Source of the DNA: a virus
Lineage: Duplodnaviria; Caudoviricetes
Length of the DNA stretch: 56,476 bases
IMG/VR virus record: IMGVR_UViG_3300037180_000017
Location: 1 to 56,476 of that record
Reading direction: 5' to 3' (one strand)
The position numbers and the translations under genes were made by a program. The notes beneath the pieces were generated by a model. It had not been told where the DNA came from. It saw nothing but the letters and a program-made list of their open reading frames with translations, and searched no databases. Within the stretch, counting starts at the first letter, position 1; each line of letters opens with the position of its first letter. This document shows positions 55,074-56,476 of this stretch, in pieces.

Positions 55074-55814
55074 TTAAGGCTTCTGACTGGTTGGGAGTAT
55101 GCCAGAACCCTTCTTAACGGGCTGTGTGGCTGAGATCATGAAATTAGCAGAGGTGATAGTTTGGGAAGTGTTAGGTGAACTCCCAGAATTTTTGGAAGTG
55201 ACCAACGCCAGATAGCTCTGGACCTGTGGGAGTGCGAACAGCTTGATTTGATTCCACCCATGATCTGTGATTGCACTGAGCAGTGCATATTCTGGCTGAC
55301 CAATTAAATCATGTACATGGTTGTGCCACTTAAAAGACCAGAACTGATAAGCCTCTAAGCTGGAGCAATCAGGCGGGTTCTCATCCACATACGCCTGGGC
55401 TTCCGAAAGACATGGATTGCAGCCCATCAGCTTTAGAATCTCCTTTACTCCTTCCAGAGAAGGCGGCATGAGATTGTGGATAGCTTTCCAGATCGCTTGA
55501 CCTTGAAAGCCTGTGATCCGTGAATTGCCGGCCATTTTAGGATGCTGGACAGTAGGATTGATTTGAGTGGGTTTAACGGAAGCTGTTGGCTTGGAAACAG
55601 GTTTGACTGGAATAGCAACAGAGGCTGCTTGACTGCCTGAAAAAACACAACTGGCTATGTTGGTCTGGTTTTGCTGGAAGAAAGCGGTCGTCACGTTGTA
55701 GTAACAAAGTGATTTGTCCGCAGAATGGTCAGCGGCGTTCATGGCATAGAACGATCCTTGCTTGGGAATTGCCTTGATACAACTGGTGAGGTAGGGTTGA
55801 CTGAGATCAGGCAT
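55074..55814 (-). CDS. Erv1/Alr-like (FAD-dependent sulfhydryl oxidase) domain protein
   Basis: 'GQAIWKAIH', 'MGCNPC', 'NPPD', 'FWSFKWHNHVHDLIGQP'; overlaps the stop of the Cys-rich tail gene. Confidence 0.75.
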   Translation of the reverse strand: MPDLSQPYLTSCIKAIPKQGSFYAMNAADHSADKSLCYYNVTTAFFQQNQTNIASCVFSGSQAASVAIPVKPVSKPTASVKPTQINPTVQHPKMAGNSRITGFQGQAIWKAIHNLMPPSLEGVKEILKLMGCNPCLSEAQAYVDENPPDCSSLEAYQFWSFKWHNHVHDLIGQPEYALLSAITDHGWNQIKLFALPQVQSYLALVTSKNSGSSPNTSQTITSANFMISATQPVKKGSGILPTSQKP

Positions 55815-56476
55815 AAGTAAACTCCCATGTCAAGATCGCTACAGCGTTCAAAATACAATAGCCCGATATTCCGAGGTAGGTGTACTGGCAACAAGTAGCG
55901 CAGTCGGAACCTTCAAAGGTAATATCGGGGCATGGAGTTAATGCTGGATCAGCGGGAATGGTTACACTGCCCAACAATGGACTATATTCGTCGCCACCGC
56001 TCCCGCCAGAACTACCCCACTGGACCCATTCGTGATACGCCGCATCGACTCCGCTTGGAACAGAGAACGTGTAATCGTTCACTGTAGAACAATTAGCAGT
56101 TGTTGGCGGAGTATCACTGGAATCAATCCCTGCGTAGTTCCAATAAGTTGTTGTGTGGGTTAGAGGGTTAACGGGACATGCAGAGACAGTAATCTCGTAA
56201 TAACAAGCTAATGCGCTCGCATTACCTGTCGGACCAGAGCCGTCAGGTTGGTTTCCTTGAAACACGGAAATACTATTAGGATATCCGGCACTTACTGATT
56301 GATTCCCGGATAATGCCCACTGTTCTTCAAGATAAGTTTTAACGCTTGGCGTCAGTGTGGTCTGATTACACACACCGCCGCCAGCGCCGATACATTCCCA
56401 GCGATCTGTAAATGTTCCGCAAACACTAGTACCAGATAATGCAAATGGTCCCGTAAATGCGCTAACCGAGTTATAG
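55807..56476 (-). CDS. Large Cys-rich tail protein, 3' part (total ~1168 aa)
   Basis: In frame with 1..2964 through the terminal repeat. Ends ...GSDCATCCQYTYLGISGYCILNAVAILTWEFTYA*. Confidence 0.85.
   Translation of the reverse strand, partial: YNSVSAFTGPFALSGTSVCGTFTDRWECIGAGGGVCNQTTLTPSVKTYLEEQWALSGNQSVSAGYPNSISVFQGNQPDGSGPTGNASALACYYEITVSACPVNPLTHTTTYWNYAGIDSSDTPPTTANCSTVNDYTFSVPSGVDAAYHEWVQWGSSGGSGGDEYSPLLGSVTIPADPALTPCPDITFEGSDCATCCQYTYLGISGYCILNAVAILTWEFTYA
56351..56476. repeat. Terminal direct repeat, right copy
   Basis: Identical to 2-127. The reading frame is continuous across the junction. Confidence 0.95.

Larger units (their letters stand above)
2976..55196. repeat. Dispersed 15-bp quasi-palindrome TCCARAAWTTYTGGA (~25 copies)
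   Basis: Exact copies start at 2976, 12720, 15990, 18902, 28571, 31148, 33315, 34933, 36071, 39053, 39953, 43636, 48476, 50183, 50859. One mismatch: 4491, 24326, 28300, 34435, 45333, 55182. Two or three mismatches: 10437, 27198, 36205, 22601. Confidence 0.95.

Noticed and set aside
55807-56476. Diversity-generating retroelement target
   Set aside because: No reverse transcriptase and no TR/VR pair. The single terminal mismatch is synonymous and not adenine-specific on the coding strand.

Overview
This window is an apparently complete, circularly assembled ~56.35 kb tailed dsDNA phage genome. Bases 2-127 repeat exactly at 56351-56476. The left arm (~1-30.9 kb, minus strand) is one long late/virion operon. 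It starts with a NusG-paralogue antiterminator, then has membrane/lipoprotein genes, a secreted glycoside-hydrolase-like protein, a tail fibre, an adaptor, TerS, intein-containing TerL, portal, S49 protease, decoration protein, lambda-E-like capsid, neck, tube, a frameshifting chaperone and tape measure. It ends with a ~1168-aa Cys-rich tail protein that crosses the window origin, followed by an Erv1/Alr-like sulfhydryl oxidase. The right arm (~31.2-55 kb, plus strand) holds early hypotheticals, a tRNA-like RNA, ParB, SNF2 helicase, RuvC-like resolvase, family-4 UDG, PD-(D/E)XK exonuclease, AAA recombination ATPase, SSB, DNA polymerase A and primase-helicase. I recognised no integrase, ParA, reverse transcriptase or CRISPR array. 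Four observations stand out. (1) The TerL intein has no in-frame endonuclease; instead a complete HNH endonuclease gene lies on the opposite strand inside it, with its own leaderless sigma70-type promoter, and both frames are open. (2) About 25 copies of a 15-bp quasi-palindrome (TCCARAAWTTYTGGA) are spread genome-wide, alongside an orphan ParB. (3) An Erv1/Alr-like oxidase is coupled to a Cys-rich tail protein. (4) A tRNA-Pro-like RNA has its anticodon sequestered by a 48-nt insert. All protein calls come from motif recognition by eye; no searches were run.
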